DNA of 64,000 nucleotides from Octopus sinensis (GCF_006345805.1 NC_043000.1:40920001-40984000), one strand, 5' to 3'; shown: positions 13,005 through 27,810, counted from the first letter of the stretch. The notes: generated by a model from the letters alone, not told the origin. Program-made: numbers and translations.

Positions 13005-13165
13005 GATGATCTTTCAGTTTCCGCCTACCAAATCCACTGACACACCTTTGGTCGACCCGAGGGTGTAGTAGAAGATACCTGCCAAAGGTTCCACGCAGTG
13101 GGTCTAAACCCGCAACCATGTGTTTGTGAAGCAAGCTTCTTACCAAACAGTCACGTCTGTGCCTG
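11765..13165 (-). mobile_element. Two antisense copies of tRNA-derived SINE family A (~11765-12170 and ~12750-13165); paralogs ~26680-27045 and ~27620-28045
   Basis: Reverse complement of the element at 14243-14644. Confidence 0.8.
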
Positions 13166-14196
13166 TATACACAGGGTCCTCGTATAAATAATGCTATTTT
13201 TAAATACTTCATTTATTTTACAAAATTAAGAAAAACAAAGTATATTTTGGATAAAGTACATTTTTTAATCTAAAATATACTTTCCTTCATTTTCCACGAT
13301 GTTTTTCCATTTATCTGGAAAAGCCTATATTTGTGCTTTTGAAGGAAACAAAAGATGGATTTGTTATTAGTTTTATTCATTACGACCCATCCTGCGACTA
13401 TCCTTTGTCGGTGGGGTGGGGGTGTAGACCATTTTGTGTTGCATCAATTTTACAGGCTAGATCACATCAGGTACATGCATACATAAAATGATGTCCCGCT
13501 AAAAATATTCAGTTCAGGCAGTCATGCTGGTATTTGCAGCTTTTTTAATTGATATGACTCAAAATGATGCACATCACACCCATAAAGAACAGTCGCAGTA
13601 TGGGTCGAAACGATCTCGTATGGAATAAAAACCAATACCAAATCTATCTTCTGTTTCCTTAATCGATCATTATCTAAAATACTGCGGAATTCCTGAAGTA
13701 GATCTAACGGAAATATACCACAACTGCAGATGACATCAGGTAACCCAAACCGTGCTAATGCTTTGCTCAATACACATCAATACACTAATTCACATATACC
13801 CATTAGTCCAAAAATTACATACATCCACATATATATTCTTCTCCATTATGGTAGTTGATTTCGACTTTACCTATTTATGTTTTTAAAATTTACCTGATGA
13901 TAGCAGGTTTTTGCTATGACGTAATCTAAGAATGCAACAATGAAGGTTGCCGAAACAGCTGTTGGGAATTTTGAACCTCACTTGTATACTTATTTTTATC
14001 TATACTCCATACTTCGAACCAACCCTGGGTCGGGACTACAGTGTATATTGAATTTGGAACCTACATGTTTATGTCTCTCTTTCTTTCTTTCTTTCTTTCT
14101 TCTTTCTTTCTTTCTTTCTTTTTTCTTTCTTTCTTTCTTTCTTTCTCTCTTTCTTCATTCCTTTCATTCTCTCTCTCTCTCTCTCCAAATATATAC

Positions 14197-14242
<46 letters not shown>

Positions 14243-14644
14243 GCAGGAGTGGCTGTGTGGTAAGTAGCTTGCTAACCAACCACATGGTTCTGGGTTCAGT
14301 CCCACTGCGTGGCATCTTGGGCAAGTGTCTTCTGCTATAGCCCCGGGCCGACCAATGCCTTGTGAGTGGATTTGGTAGACGGAAACTGAAAGAAGCCTGT
14401 CGTATATATGTATATATATATAAGTGTGTGTATATGTTTGTGTGTCTGTGTTTGTCCCCCTAGCATTGCTTGACAACCGATGCTGGTGTGTTTACGTCCC
14501 CGTCACTTAGCGGTTCGGCAAAAGAGACCGATAGAATAAGTACTGGGCTTACAAAGAATAAGTCCCGGGGTCGATTTGCTCGACTAAAGGCGGTGTTCCA
14601 GCATGGCCGCAGTCAAATGACTGAAACAAGTAAAGAGTAAAGAG
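14243..14644 (+). mobile_element. Full-length tRNA-derived SINE (family A, octopus type)
   Basis: gcaggagtggctgtgtggtaag head with pol III A/B-box-like motifs, internal (TA)/(TG) tract, (taaagag)n tail; absent from duplicate copy B. Confidence 0.9.
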
Positions 14645-14659
14645 TATATATATAAGTAG

Positions 14660-15290
14660 ACATATAATTTCCGGGGTTTCTGGAGGTACCCCCTCGTATA
14701 TAAGCATTAAACGTCTTGAGAAGTTATCTATCTATAACTTTGCATGCATGCAGAATGCATTTCTCCTTAATATCTCAAGTACAGCTTCAAAAGTGAAACT
14801 GTTGAAGGGAGAAACGGACAATCATATCTTCAGTATTTTCGGGTTTTCTGTTACACTTCTTCAAAATGGGCTCCAACAGATCTTTGAACCATTTCTGTAG
14901 TCTTCCATCCAAGCATTGTTCATAGTGTAAATGGTGGCAGAGTATCCTATCAGGGAGACACAAGTCAGGCATAATAGATGCCGAACCATCTCAGGTGAAA
15001 CTTGCAGTGTGGATTCGTTGTTGCTGTTGTTAGTCCGATGAAGTATTTTTCTTTGCGAAATTCTCTCACGGAATTAACAAAGAGGGTCTTCTGGAAGCAT
15101 TTACTGGATTATTCTGTAGTAACTGCATATTGTTCAAATTTAGTCCTCATACAAGAGAGTGGAGACACAGACCGTTCGATAGAGAGCATTAATATAATTG
15201 CCTAGAGATGGTTGCTTAAAAAGACTTTTTGAACCTTCCGAAAATAAAGAAGTGTTTTGAGTTTACTCGCTCAAAATACAGCCACTCTAA
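14660..15290 (-). pseudogene. Possible ancient Penelope-like RT remnant
   Basis: KWFKDLLEPILKK and ITSQDV*CLYT resemble PLE RT segments (LAKWL..LL.P; SFDVKSLYT); heavily decayed. Confidence 0.3.
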
Positions 15291-15911
15291 ATTATTTGTG
15301 TGTGTATGTGTGTGTGTGGGAGGGAGGGAACTATGGATAGCTGTTGCAGTCGTACTGAGAAAATATGGGAGAGAGTGCAGCGTGATGTTGATAGACGACC
15401 TGTGTTTTTTAACCTTAGATGACACGATATTCCCCATTCCTCCATAAACTACAACGGCTTCTCAGATGATGGCTTGTATAGCCTTCAATGCGTTTACTAA
15501 CAGAATAGTCATTAACGTACTTATCTCATTGATGCATCCAAACCTAAATTTTGGTGGTGACTTGCAGCCTGATGTTAAAAAGTTACCGTCGAGTCATAAG
15601 TTGTGACTCCTGTTTCTCTTTTCCATCCTTCTGTGTGACAGCATGATCATGCAAATGCGGAAGATATTAAATAGTATAAGAGCCAATACTAGGTTACCTG
15701 AACCCTTCTTTAAGACAAAAAGCCATAAAACCTTATGCCATCATCACTGCATAGAATTAAAGGAGGAGAGTCACAAATTTAGACAGGCAACAATTCCTGT
15801 TCCTAGCTCTCAATTTTAAAACCTTTGAATTATCTAAAAATATGAAGATGAGACCCTGATATCATCACTGCAGTTATCTGGAAATTGCTAAAACACACAA
15901 ACACACACACA

Positions 15912-15944
<33 letters not shown>

Positions 15945-16113
15945 GCATACACACACACACACACACACACACCAACACAGACACATATTAAGTTAAAGGA
16001 TTGGGGATGATCTTTATAAGTCTCACGTCCACCTCTGCTGTTAACATAACGTCCATTGCTGTATCAAATACGAACGTCTATGTATTCGGTCTCTGACTTT
16101 CCCCCTCACTATG

Positions 16114-16170
<57 letters not shown>

Positions 16171-17016
16171 AATACATACATACGTACATATACATATAGG
16201 AAGTCATACATTTATACATATATATACATAGACACTGATTGATACCTTACAAAAGATTGCCTTAAACGTATAATCCAAAGCCTCCCTCAGAGCAAAAACA
16301 CTCCGAAATTTCATACATATTCACCTCTCCTCTGTACACAAATTAAATTGCAGATGAGCAAACACAAGGTCAACTACATTCTTAGAAAATCGTTTAGAAT
16401 TATGGACAGCACTTTTCCTTACGTAATAAATAGTAAAAAGATAACACTATAGCAGATGATAAAACACTGAGTTTAACTATAATTACTTATATACTTATAT
16501 ATGTGCACACATGCACACATATACAAATATTTATACGTTTATATGGATATAGTATAACATTCTCGCATAGACCTAAGTAGCTGAAAAATCTCTGTTTAAG
16601 AACAGTAACAACTATCAAGGGATATCAAATAGTAAAAATTTATAGAAAATAATAAGAAATACATATAACATACATTTAAAGAAATAGGGTATCAAAATTT
16701 TAGGCAGGGCAAAGATAAACGTAACTCGAAAAGAGGAAGCAGTAGCTATGGGCGTAGTGAGGGTAGTTAGAGGTATTCAGACTGAAGAGATTTTATAAGT
16801 TGTAATGTTATAAGTGCTATTATATATATGATTTTATAGTTTCTAGTGGGTATGTAATTAAGAGACTTACATATATCATTACAAATATAAGTAATATGAT
16901 CAATAGGGTAGAACATCATAGAAAGGAAAAAATAGTTTAATCACTAAAAATATGAAGTCAGACTAACTAGACAGGAGATATCATGGGATAGTAATTACAT
17001 ATAGCACACCACATAC

Positions 17017-17245
17017 CTATTTCTTTATTACCCACAAGGGGCTAAACACAGAGGGGACAAACAAGGACAGACATAGATATTAAGTCGATTACATCGACCC
17101 CAGTGCGTAACTGGTACTTAATTTATCGACCCCGAAAGGATGAAAGGCAAAGTCGATCTCGGCGGAATTTGAACTCACAACGTAACGCAGACGAAATACC
17201 GCTAAGCATTTCGCCCGGCGTGCTAACGTTTCCGCCAGCTCGCCA
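17017..17245 (-). mobile_element. SINE family B
   Basis: gtcgattacatcgaccccagtgcgtaactggtacttaatttatcgaccccgaaaggatgaaaggcaaagtcg core, repeated many times in the window. Confidence 0.9.
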
Positions 17246-17351
17246 GCACACCATAACATATAGCTTATAACATATCATAATATCCCATGATTTCCTTATA
17301 TTTTATAACTAGAGATTAAGTTTATAAAGGATACGATACCAAAATTAATTG

Positions 17352-19440
17352 CATGAAGAGGTTGGCCACATCACCAGCGATACTAACACCGATGGCTGCC
17401 CCCTCGTCCTGGGCATATATTTTATTATTAAATTTAAATGTGTGGCCTTTAATTAAATTTAAATATGGCCAACCTCTTCATGGTATGGTGGGACAGAAGG
17501 CTTAAAGAATGCCTACTGCAGAAATCCATACTCGTAAACATGTACTCTCGCTATGTTGATGATATCAATATAGTAGTAAAGGCACCCCCACAAGAGAGTA
17601 CTGTTGATAGAAACTAATACTATGGAGAGCATCCAGCAAATAGCTAACTCCATCCACCAGAGTATTAAGGTCACAATAGACTACCCCACTAAACACTCCA
17701 ACCATAGACTACCAGTACTAGACACTGAACTCTGGCTAGAAATTGTGAAAAATAAAACCCAAATCCTTCATTCAAAAATAAAACACTGAACTCTGGCTAG
17801 AAATTGTGAAAAATAAAACCCAAATCCTTCATTCATACTATGCAAAACCTATGGCCTCAAAATACCTGATCCACCGGAACTCAGCCATTGCGGGCAATGC
17901 CAAATTCAATATTTTGATGGCAGACCTCGTCAGAATAATGAGAAATGTGTCACGCATGTGCGAGCCTACAGAATTAAAGAGACACATACAGTATTTCATT
18001 CACCGCATGCAGTTCTCAGGTTACAGCCATAAAGAAAGGATCAGAGTATACAAAGGAGCCATGAAGAAATTTGATAATATATTATGTAATGATAGGAATG
18101 GGATTTGCCCACTCTATAGGAACAAGTCATGGAACACTATAGAAAGGACAAAAAAGAAAATAGGGAAGGCCAACTCTTGGTATGATAGCCATAAATACCA
18201 GAGTGTCATGTTCGTTGACACCACCCCTGGAGGTGAACTAGCGTACCGCTTTAGAAGGACCCTAGATAAACTTAAACTAAGAATTAAGGTTGTTGAAAAG
18301 CCAGGCAACCCTATCAGATCTATAATTGGTAGAAGCTATCCTTTTAGTAGAACTCTCTGTACGGATAACTATTGCACTGTATGTAGATTTAGCCCACAAA
18401 CGAACTGTAAAGCCAGAAATGTGGTCTATAGTATAAGATGTATAGAGGGACGATGCAGTAACAAGACAGTAACATACGTAGGGGAAACTGCAAGAAGCAT
18501 TGGTGAGCGGGTGAATGAACATTGGAGACAACTCAAGGAAGGTAAAAGCTCATCGATTCTGTACCAACACGCCGAACAAGAACACGGGGGATCAATCAAT
18601 AACATAGAGATTAAGATATTGTCCACACATAGAACAGATGCAACAATTAGACAAATTACAGAAGCTACACATATAATAGAAAATAAACCTAGCCTGAATA
18701 GAAAACTAGAATGGAGCAATAGCGCACACCACAACATATGACAATAGTGGATCCTGCAAACATAATAAATACACAGGTAATTAAAGAAATAGAAATGAAT
18801 ATCTATATATATGTATATGTGTATATATATGTATATGTATATGTGTATATATGTGTGTATATATGTATATATATATATATGTATATGTATATGTATGTAT
18901 ATATATATGTATATGTATATTCTTTTTTTTTTTTTTTTTCGATTAGATTTATTATTATTATTACTAATATTGTTGTTATACATACATACAAGCATATGTA
19001 ATGATAATAATGGGTGGATGTAAACACATGAACAAAATTAGAACAAAAGCAACAACAACAAAAACAAAATACAAATTACAAGAATGTATATAACCAGAAG
19101 ATACAAATATTACAGGCATCCCCCCCACACACACACTAAATAAACATAGACGCACATAGAGATATAAGCATGCGCAAATGAAGACATACAATAGAAATAC
19201 AAAATGGCTGACGGTTAGTAAGGAGAGACACAAGTAAGTGAGAAGAAAACAAAGGACCACTGATGCGGTCACAGGAGTGTGACGAAAGAACTTTGGCCGA
19301 AATAAGATTAAGATTAATGTAAAAAATAAATATCACTGAAGCAAAATAACACCAAATATATAGTGCGTGTGTTTTTATTGGCTAAACTGGCAATATGACC
19401 ATTCCGAAATATAACAATATCTGTTTCAACACACGACTTC
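17352..19440 (+). mobile_element. 5'-truncated, 5'-inverted Penelope-like element (Neptune type)
   Basis: RT motif B inverted at 17352-17462, YVDD at 17552-17563, Cys linker and GIY-YIG domain, 3' region with hammerhead-like motif; 3' boundary approximate. Confidence 0.85.
17466..18741 (+). pseudogene. PLE RT C-terminus + GIY-YIG endonuclease (frameshifted)
   Basis: YSRYVDDINIV; LPVLD; [38 protein letters not shown]; frameshift near 17610 and 53-bp tandem duplication 17722-17835. Confidence 0.9.
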
Positions 19441-19627
19441 ACATAAAAAATCTTGCACAACAAATATTTAAACGTATATATATATATATAAATATTTAAA
19501 CGTATATATATTTATATATATATGCACACGAGTAAGCACGTAAATGCAAAACGAGTTGGTTAAAAATAGTACACGAATACCAAATTAGAGTATCGTACAT
19601 TTTTATTAAAGCAGTACACACATCACA

Positions 19628-20225
19628 AAACTGTTACTCAGAGTTTCACGTTTCCGTTCGTCGCGCAGTTGTGATCAAGACTGTAATAAAATTGAAATGG
19701 GACATGTAATATATGATTTGATATAATCCAGTTTGACGCGTAGGCATGTGAATTTGATTGGGTAACTCATTTTAAAAACAGAAAAGGTGTTGTATTCGTT
19801 AACGGTTGGGTAGGTTGGGTGTGTATAAATTGAACAGTAAAATATAAATGTATTATATTATATCGAAAAAAAAAACCTTGCGTGAAAATGGGGTGATGGT
19901 TATCCAAATGGGGTTAATTAATAATTAGTTATTAATTGAGGCGTAAGGTTGTTTTTATTAATTTAAAAACTATGGTTTGAAGCACTTCCTAAGTTGAAAA
20001 ATTCAATAACCAGTGTATGGTGTATAAGCGTTTTTATATGTTACCCAGTGAAATTCAAAGGCTTATTCGTGAAATTGGATTATATCAAACCATATACTAC
20101 ATGTAGCATCATGTAGCATCATAACATTATGTAGCATCATAACATCATGTAGCATCATAACATTATTCCAGTCTTGATCAAAACCGTCTGACGAACGGAT
20201 ACGTGGGACTCTGAATAATGGTTTT
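19628..20225. mobile_element. Element bounded by ~60-bp imperfect inverted repeats, probably PLE-derived
   Basis: aaaactgttactcagagtttcacgtttccgttcgtc...gatcaagactgtaataa versus ttattccagtcttgatc...gacgaacggatacgtgggactctgaataatggtttt. Confidence 0.6.
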
Positions 20226-21932
20226 GTGTTGTTTGTGCAGTTTTAATAATAATACACACACTCACACACACACACATATGCAAGTTGAGGGAATAGAGCA
20301 GGTAAAATCCGGGCTACATGTATTTCCTAGCTAGTAGAACCTCGGGGAATAATAATTACTCAACGAGGAGTACGCCACTAGCTACTTATCAGGCCAAAGT
20401 TACCTTTGTCAAATGAAGGTTACATTGTCGTCAATGAAAATGGATGCAGTCAGAATTTTGGATAATTGTTTATTATTGTATGGTCAGGTCGCTCTTGAGC
20501 GCTACTGGTAACATGTAACCCAGTACAACATGTCGCATGGTCATATCGCTGGTGATTAAACTGACAACCCCATCAAGCTTGCTTGGTGAGAAAGGTGATT
20601 GTTGGACACCATGCGGGGCGAAAAATAAGACCCGTTAAAGGGCGGAAGAACTACTGTGTAGTCAACGGCCAATTCTACTATGGGACGGCCTAGATGGAGA
20701 GATGAGATGATGTTTATTAGCGATTGTGACCTTTCGATAGGACTTTTCAGTTACGTTTTACAGAAAATTTCTTTGCCTTTTTATATAAAGCGAAAGGAGG
20801 GTGTTGTCTTGTTTTGTTTAGAAAAGGAGAAGGAAAAAAGAAGGAAGAGAGGAAAGGAGGAGAGGGAGAGGAAGACAGGCGAGACAGAAACGAGAAATGA
20901 AAACAATAGAAAGCATGTATTTTGGGATGGCTTTCCATTAACACGTGGTTGATGCTAAACAACATTACAAGATGTCAGTTTTGTTTTTTTTGGAGAAGAA
21001 AAGAAAGAGAGAAAGACATAATGAAGGACAAGAAAGAACGAAAAGGAAAGAAAAGTGAAAATTGAAAAGGAAAAGATACAGAGAGAAAGAGGCTCCTTTT
21101 CAATTATATTGTATTCTTTCTACTCCAGGCACAATGCCCGAAATTTTTGGGGAGGGGGCCAGTCGATTAGATCGACCACAGTTCGCAACTCGTACTTATT
21201 TTATCGACCTCGAAAGGATGAAAGACAAACTTAACCTCGGTGGAATTTAGCAAGATATTAAAAAGTAAACAGTGGTTTACGAAAGTGGAAGAAAAGGATA
21301 TATATACTAAGATATACATTATTTACATTTGACGGATATTTGTTCTCGTCTTTTTTTGTTGTTAACATAACGTTTCGACTGATATACCCTCCAGGCTTAA
21401 GAAATAAAATCATGATTGTTCTTATAGAAGAAACTCCGTTAACTAAATTTGAAACTTAAAAAGTAGTACCTGGTGTCTATAATACATTTCTCATGTTAAA
21501 AACCTAAGGTAAAAAAATAGAGTAAATAGATAGAAAAATGTATTTATCTGTGAAGATATATTTTAACTTTGAGAATAACATTAACAAACTATAGAACATT
21601 TTTTCACTACCTATACTCTAATATTATACGTTACAAACTATGTTACAAAACAATCACACTTAATACTTTTAGATTTTAGTTCACCTCTAATAATTATAAA
21701 ACAATAAAATAAAATAAATGTACGTATCTAAATTATAATTAACAAATATAGCAATTAGAAATTCATATTTTTTCAATCAATAAACATATAAATAAATAAA
21801 TTACTCCATTATTTCTTAAATAAATATAATACTTATCACTCTGAAAATATGAAATAAAAAATAAAAAATAAAAAATTCCAAAACTAAAATCGTATTGCTT
21901 ATCGTTTATAAAATTATTTGCGAAAAAAGTAC

Positions 21933-22033
<101 letters not shown>

Positions 22034-22435
22034 TATTATTATTATTATTATTAAATTCAATAGTACTAAATATAATAAACTTCACCTATATTAAAAAATT
22101 TTACAATCCAATTCACAACGTAACCAAACTAATACTTTTCGATTTTAGTTCACATATAATAATAAGAAGAATAATAAGAATAATTAAATAAATGTACGTA
22201 TCTAAATTATCAGTAACAAATAAAAATTCGCGGAGCATGATAAAGTTCGCCCACGTTTTTTTTAGCTTTATCAGTTTGGCCGCTTAGACCACACATATAA
22301 CTTTCTGTAGGATATCTATCCTATATAGCTCTGCGCCATTCGCAATCGTTGCTGTGAATACGTTGTTGTTTTTAGTTGCTGATAGTTTCGTTATTCAGAT
22401 CGGAAATATTGCTGCCGCTTAAGTTGACGAGGCTA

Positions 22436-22790
22436 TTATTATCCTGCGCGCGTAAGCGAAAGCGAGGTATTGTAATCACTCGTCTTTGTTTGTATGTGTG
22501 TTTGCAAAAATTAATGGAAAACAACTGAACGGATTTTCATCAAATTTAGCGGAAATACTCATTGGCTGAGTCTCGAAATGATGAGAATTTGGTTTGATTA
22601 TCTTCAAACAAACATAAATACATAGATATGCGACTATGTGTGTGTATCTGTGTGTGTGTGCGCGCGCGCGTGCGCCTGTGTGTGTATAGTGATGGATTCG
22701 AGGGTTTCGTTCATTTATGAGTTGATTTCTTAATTTCACCGGAGTATGAATACCCATAATGGTGAAACACTTTTCAAATCCTATGCAATA
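22436..22790 (+). mobile_element. Helentron-associated/DINE-like non-autonomous element remnant
   Basis: gcgaggtattgtaatcactcgt...aactgaacggattttcatcaaattt motif typical of these elements. Confidence 0.45.
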
Positions 22791-23302
22791 TTTTTTATAA
22801 GAATTTAATTTTGTTCACTTTCTTTTTCATATGAATCAACTCTTGTCTGAGTGTGTATAGATCATGGTGTACATATGCGCGTTGTCATAGTGGTAGTGTA
22901 GTTCACTGTACTTTGAACTTAGTGAGTGCTCGCATCCCGTTTGTAGATAGAAAGCAGAGGGTTCTAACGAGACTTGCAACTCACTATCAAAGCTACCTCT
23001 TATTTCCTTTTCCATATATTTTGGCTGAGCGAGCGACGCCATACTTATTTATAAAATTATTTTATAAACGCTTGTTGTTAAAGCACCTGAAAGAGATCCT
23101 CGACGTTAAGTATTTTATGGATTTCATTCCGAGCAAACAGGTAAATGATAATGAATATGTGACGTAAATATCAGGAATAAATAGCGCAAATAATTTTTTC
23201 TATTTCAAATAAATTTTTTCACAACCCTTTTCTGGCTAAATATTACAATATATTAGATGGCAATATAGCAGGAAATAAAATGTTGAAATTTTCTATAATT
23301 AC

Positions 23303-23353
23303 CTTCGGATGGACTACCAAATCCATTATCCCTATGGGAACCAACTAAGGGAG
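23303..23353 (-). CDS. Micro-exon 2 (51 nt, phase 1): (A)PLVGSHRDNGFGSPSE
   Basis: ttttttcag|CTCCCTTAG...TCCGAAG|gtaatt; cassette flank homology extends ~180 nt. Confidence 0.7.
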
Positions 23354-23879
23354 CTGAAAAAATTTAAAGTTATATTTAGCTGTATGTTAATCTGTTGGAT
23401 CATTTATATCTCATCTGCAGCAAAGATTGCAAGAAGCTGCTTCACCTAAAAATCCATTGGGCCGAAAAGAAATGTCTGGGAAACAAGAATCGGGGGCAAC
23501 ACACAGGATCTCAGCCTGATGAAGCGTAGGACAAACCTGAGCAGGACTCGACCAACAATGCCGTGTCCCTTTATGAGCTTGTAGCCTCGAATCCATGCAG
23601 ACTAATTCAGCAGATAAAACGCCTTCTGCTGAACAAGAGCATGTGATAACAGTCTGAAGAAAATATATGCAGGGTCCTACAGACTAAACCTAAGGTCCAT
23701 ACTCACAATCGACTGAAAGCAACGACAACAAGCTTTGTTATTTTTAAGCTCATATCTCTCTAGGGTCAACTCTGCTTTTTACCTTTCAATTATAGATAAA
23801 GTAATATAACAACCAAGTTATAGAACAAAAACTGCTGGGCCACTTAAATATAACAACATGTGTAGGAGTTTATGACTCC

Positions 23880-24625
23880 CAAGATGCAGTACAAGGAGGT
23901 CAGTGAAGTGGAACACTAGCAGAACTGCGAAACATCCTGCTGAAGCTGAAAATCTTTCGTAGAGTAGGACATATCTTGCATTTCTAAACCCTTTGGCTTA
24001 ACTGAGAATCTGATTGGTGACAAACGAAGCTGAAATTTCGAGTACTCAGTAGAAGAAATAAATATAATTCTCCGTAACATCCTAAGTGATCATGCTGGAG
24101 AGCATGAACTCTGCCTAAACAAATCTTTTTAAGCCCAGCACCTCGAACAAACAAGTTTGACACGAGCAAGCCAAACTTGGAGAAACTCAGGAAGTTGTTA
24201 AAGCAGAGCCCAGGGGAGCGCCATACAGTGTTTCTTTCTAAATGTTTTTCAAGACTTCTCCAACAGCCGTGTTTGATACTGAAGCAATTTGGCGGAGGAG
24301 AGATGTTGCCAACAAGTGAAGGTATGCTGAATGTGTTTGAATCCCTAATCAGGAGAATTTAAAGATGATCGATAAGTTTTGGACTTATCTCGTAACTCAC
24401 CACTGAATGCAAATGCAAGTTTCTGAACAGATATGCGAATACATTTGTTATCTAGGCGGGGAAAATACCGGAGAATATCTCGCATTTTGGCTGTCGAGAG
24501 CACACAGGGATGGACATAAACCAAGGCCAAAACATCTGGCAGTTCTGTGGATGGACGTCGCATATGCGTACAGGACTATGTCAAACAAGATGGTAGAAGA
24601 GGTTCTTCGAAGACACCACTATATA
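23880..24625 (+). pseudogene. Decayed R2-group (Hero-like) non-LTR RT fragment
   Basis: HLAVLWMDVAYAYRTMSNKMVEEVLRRHH resembles DLAVLWLDLANAYGSIPHKLVEEAL (RT motif A). Confidence 0.6.
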
Positions 24626-25075
24626 CTTCAACATAGCTGCATATTATTATTTACCTGTTTAAATTATGGTACATCATGACGATTTGATAGGGTTAATAAA
24701 ACGTATTACATAATCATACAGATATAGCACACCTATACATGTCTGCATTAAGATGCTACGTCACAATAAAATTCTTTAACGAAATATTTGTAGGTATATA
24801 TAGAACCCATTTATGCGTAGGAACCAACGCTAATATCATTTTAATCACAGGAGGACGCCTCCTCTAGCTGGTTAGTCGATGCAATCTACATGCTATATAT
24901 ATTGCAGTCGGTTCCTATGGAACAGCCTTGTTGCAGTATAGTTATAGCTTTCGTCTCATAGATATTTTCTAGCTACCTAATTTGCTTGTTGCAAGATCAG
25001 TGACTAGTCGTCGCTCATTTTTTCTCTATATTGCGAGCTGGAGCGAACTACTGCTTTCTTTAGAGAACGTACAGC

Positions 25076-25806
25076 TGGATCAAATGCTCTGAATACAGAT
25101 ATAAAAGAATAAAATGAGGTGGAAGTATAACAGGAAATAAATTTAACAAAAATTACCATAGTCTCCTCCGTAACGTTTTCTATGGATGGGTTCTGAAAAA
25201 TAAATATAAAGTATATTTCGTTATCTTCATATATATATATATATATATAAGTTCAGCAAAATTTAGATTCAGATGAATATGGTACTTAAGTCAAAGGCAT
25301 CATTATTTTGTATGGTATTATCCATATAAATCAAATGGGGTGATTATAATCAAAATAAGCAACAAGTATATCCGAAGTCGGATATACTTGTTGCTTATTT
25401 TGTTTATATATATATATATATATATATCATTAATGCATAGTGAACATTTTCTGGTTTTATTATTATACGCAGGTGCTGATATTAGTATCTTCCATTGAAA
25501 ATTATAATTAATTTTTTTATCGTTAAGTACCTATATATATGTACTTAACACTGTAGAATTTCTCCTATTTTTATTTCTAAATGTATATCTGTGATAATTA
25601 AATCTTTGATTCAAATTATTCTCCGTAGCTCCGATATAAACATTCCTGTCGTATTGTGTATTTACTATACATTGATATACTACCTCCTTCATAATGCAGT
25701 CATTATTAAATACACAATTTTTTCTTATTCTACAATTACACTTTCTATGTTGTTGTACAGGGTTTACGTTATTGGGTTAATAGTCACAATGTTATTATTA
25801 TTATTA

Positions 25807-25894
<88 letters not shown>

Positions 25895-25981
25895 CATCAT
25901 CATCATTATTATCATTATTATCATTATTATTATTTACTTACTGTCTTACTATGTCATAGTCCATCTGCAAACTATTATTGA

Positions 25982-26022
<41 letters not shown>

Positions 26023-26129
26023 CTGTTATTATTATTGTTATTATTGTTATTATTATTATTTTTATTACTGTTGTTGTTATTACTGGTTGTGGTATTTCCA
26101 TTATCATTGTCATTTCGATTATTATTATG

Positions 26130-26202
<73 letters not shown>

Positions 26203-26629
26203 TTTGTGTTATTGTTATTCATGTTTATGTTATTAAAATTATTTTTTCTACGTAGAAATTTTCAAGTTTTTATTGTTATTTGAGGATATGACGGTGGCTA
26301 GGTTATGAGTTAAACTATTTCCTATTCTTATTGTTTTTTTTATTAATTATCTCCAAATATTTGTATTTTCCTTTTTCAAAATGTTTCTTTATTATATTGA
26401 AAATATTTCTTACTATATTATTTTTTATTTGCATAGTATAAGGTATTATTAACCATAAAGTATCTATTTCATTATTTTCATTATAAGGTTTTCCTATATT
26501 ATTTATAATTTATTCTTATTTTACAATTTTTTTTAATTAATAGTATTCTTATTGTCATAATTTAAATTAAATATTTCATTAATGTTATTATAATTATAAT
26601 TATAATTCACAGCCCCTAACTTACTTGGT

Positions 26630-26674
<45 letters not shown>

Positions 26675-27810
26675 CTCTATTCTGGAGCATCGCCTTTAGT
26701 CGAACAAATCGGCCCCAGGACTTATTCTTTGTAAGCCCAATACTTATTCTATCGGTATCTTTTGTCGAACCGCTGAGTTACGGAGACGTAAACACACCAA
26801 CATCGCTTGTAAAGAGATGGTGGCGAAAATAAACACACACACACACACACACGCACGCATACACACACACACGCGCATGTATATGCATGACGGCCTTTTT
26901 TCAGTTTCCATCAACCAAATCCACTCACAAAACTTTGGTCGACCTGAGGCTATAGTAGAAGACACTTGCCCAAGATGCCACGCAGCGAAACTGAACCCGA
27001 AACCATGTTATTGGGAAGCAAGCTTCTTACCACACAGCCACACACACATATATATTTGTTTTCGTGGATAGTTATGTGTAAAAATGGTCAACATAAATTA
27101 GAGGAATGCTAAATAGTTTTCATAAGAATATCATATGCATAATACTTTTACAAAGAAAAGGTTCACAGACACTTCGCGGCCTTTGCTTAGTTATCTTCGT
27201 CAGTTTATTGATGACATTTTAAAGTTATTTTCAAATTTTCCTTTTGAAAATATATTCAAAGGCTGAATAAAGACAATTTATTAAGAAGTATAAACCACCT
27301 CCATCTTTTCTATATAAAAATTTGATTTGTAAAGCTCTCTAATCTTTTATTCACCTATACCATACCAAAATACATCAAAACGGAAACGGATCTCATAAAA
27401 TTCAAAAGTTCACTGAATTAATTTCCTCAAAACATTCCGGACAAATTCCTACACCCGGATATGTCTCCAACAATAATAATTCTTTGATAGAGTGGGTCAT
27501 GGTGCCACATATATGACTAAAGGCCTTCAACAGGTGGTGCTATTAAGTTAGACATGGCCTGAGCCTATACTGGCCGAAACCTATCAAGGTTATCGAAGTT
27601 ATATATATACATATATATATCAGTCAGTTAATTAACGCTATACTGGAACACCGCTTTGAAGGCTTTCAGTCGAACAAATCGACTTACTTCTTAAGCCTAG
27701 TACTTGTTCTATCCGTCTCTTTTACCGGACGGCTAAGTTACGGGGAAGTAAGCACACAAGCACCAGTTGTGAAACAGTACGGGATGGGAAACACGCACGC
27801 ACAAAGATAT

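Noticed and set aside
21805-21840. 36-nt minus-strand segment between ttttcag and gtaatt
   Set aside because: Stop codon in phase 1, does not end in G, extremely AT-rich, lacks the cassette flank.
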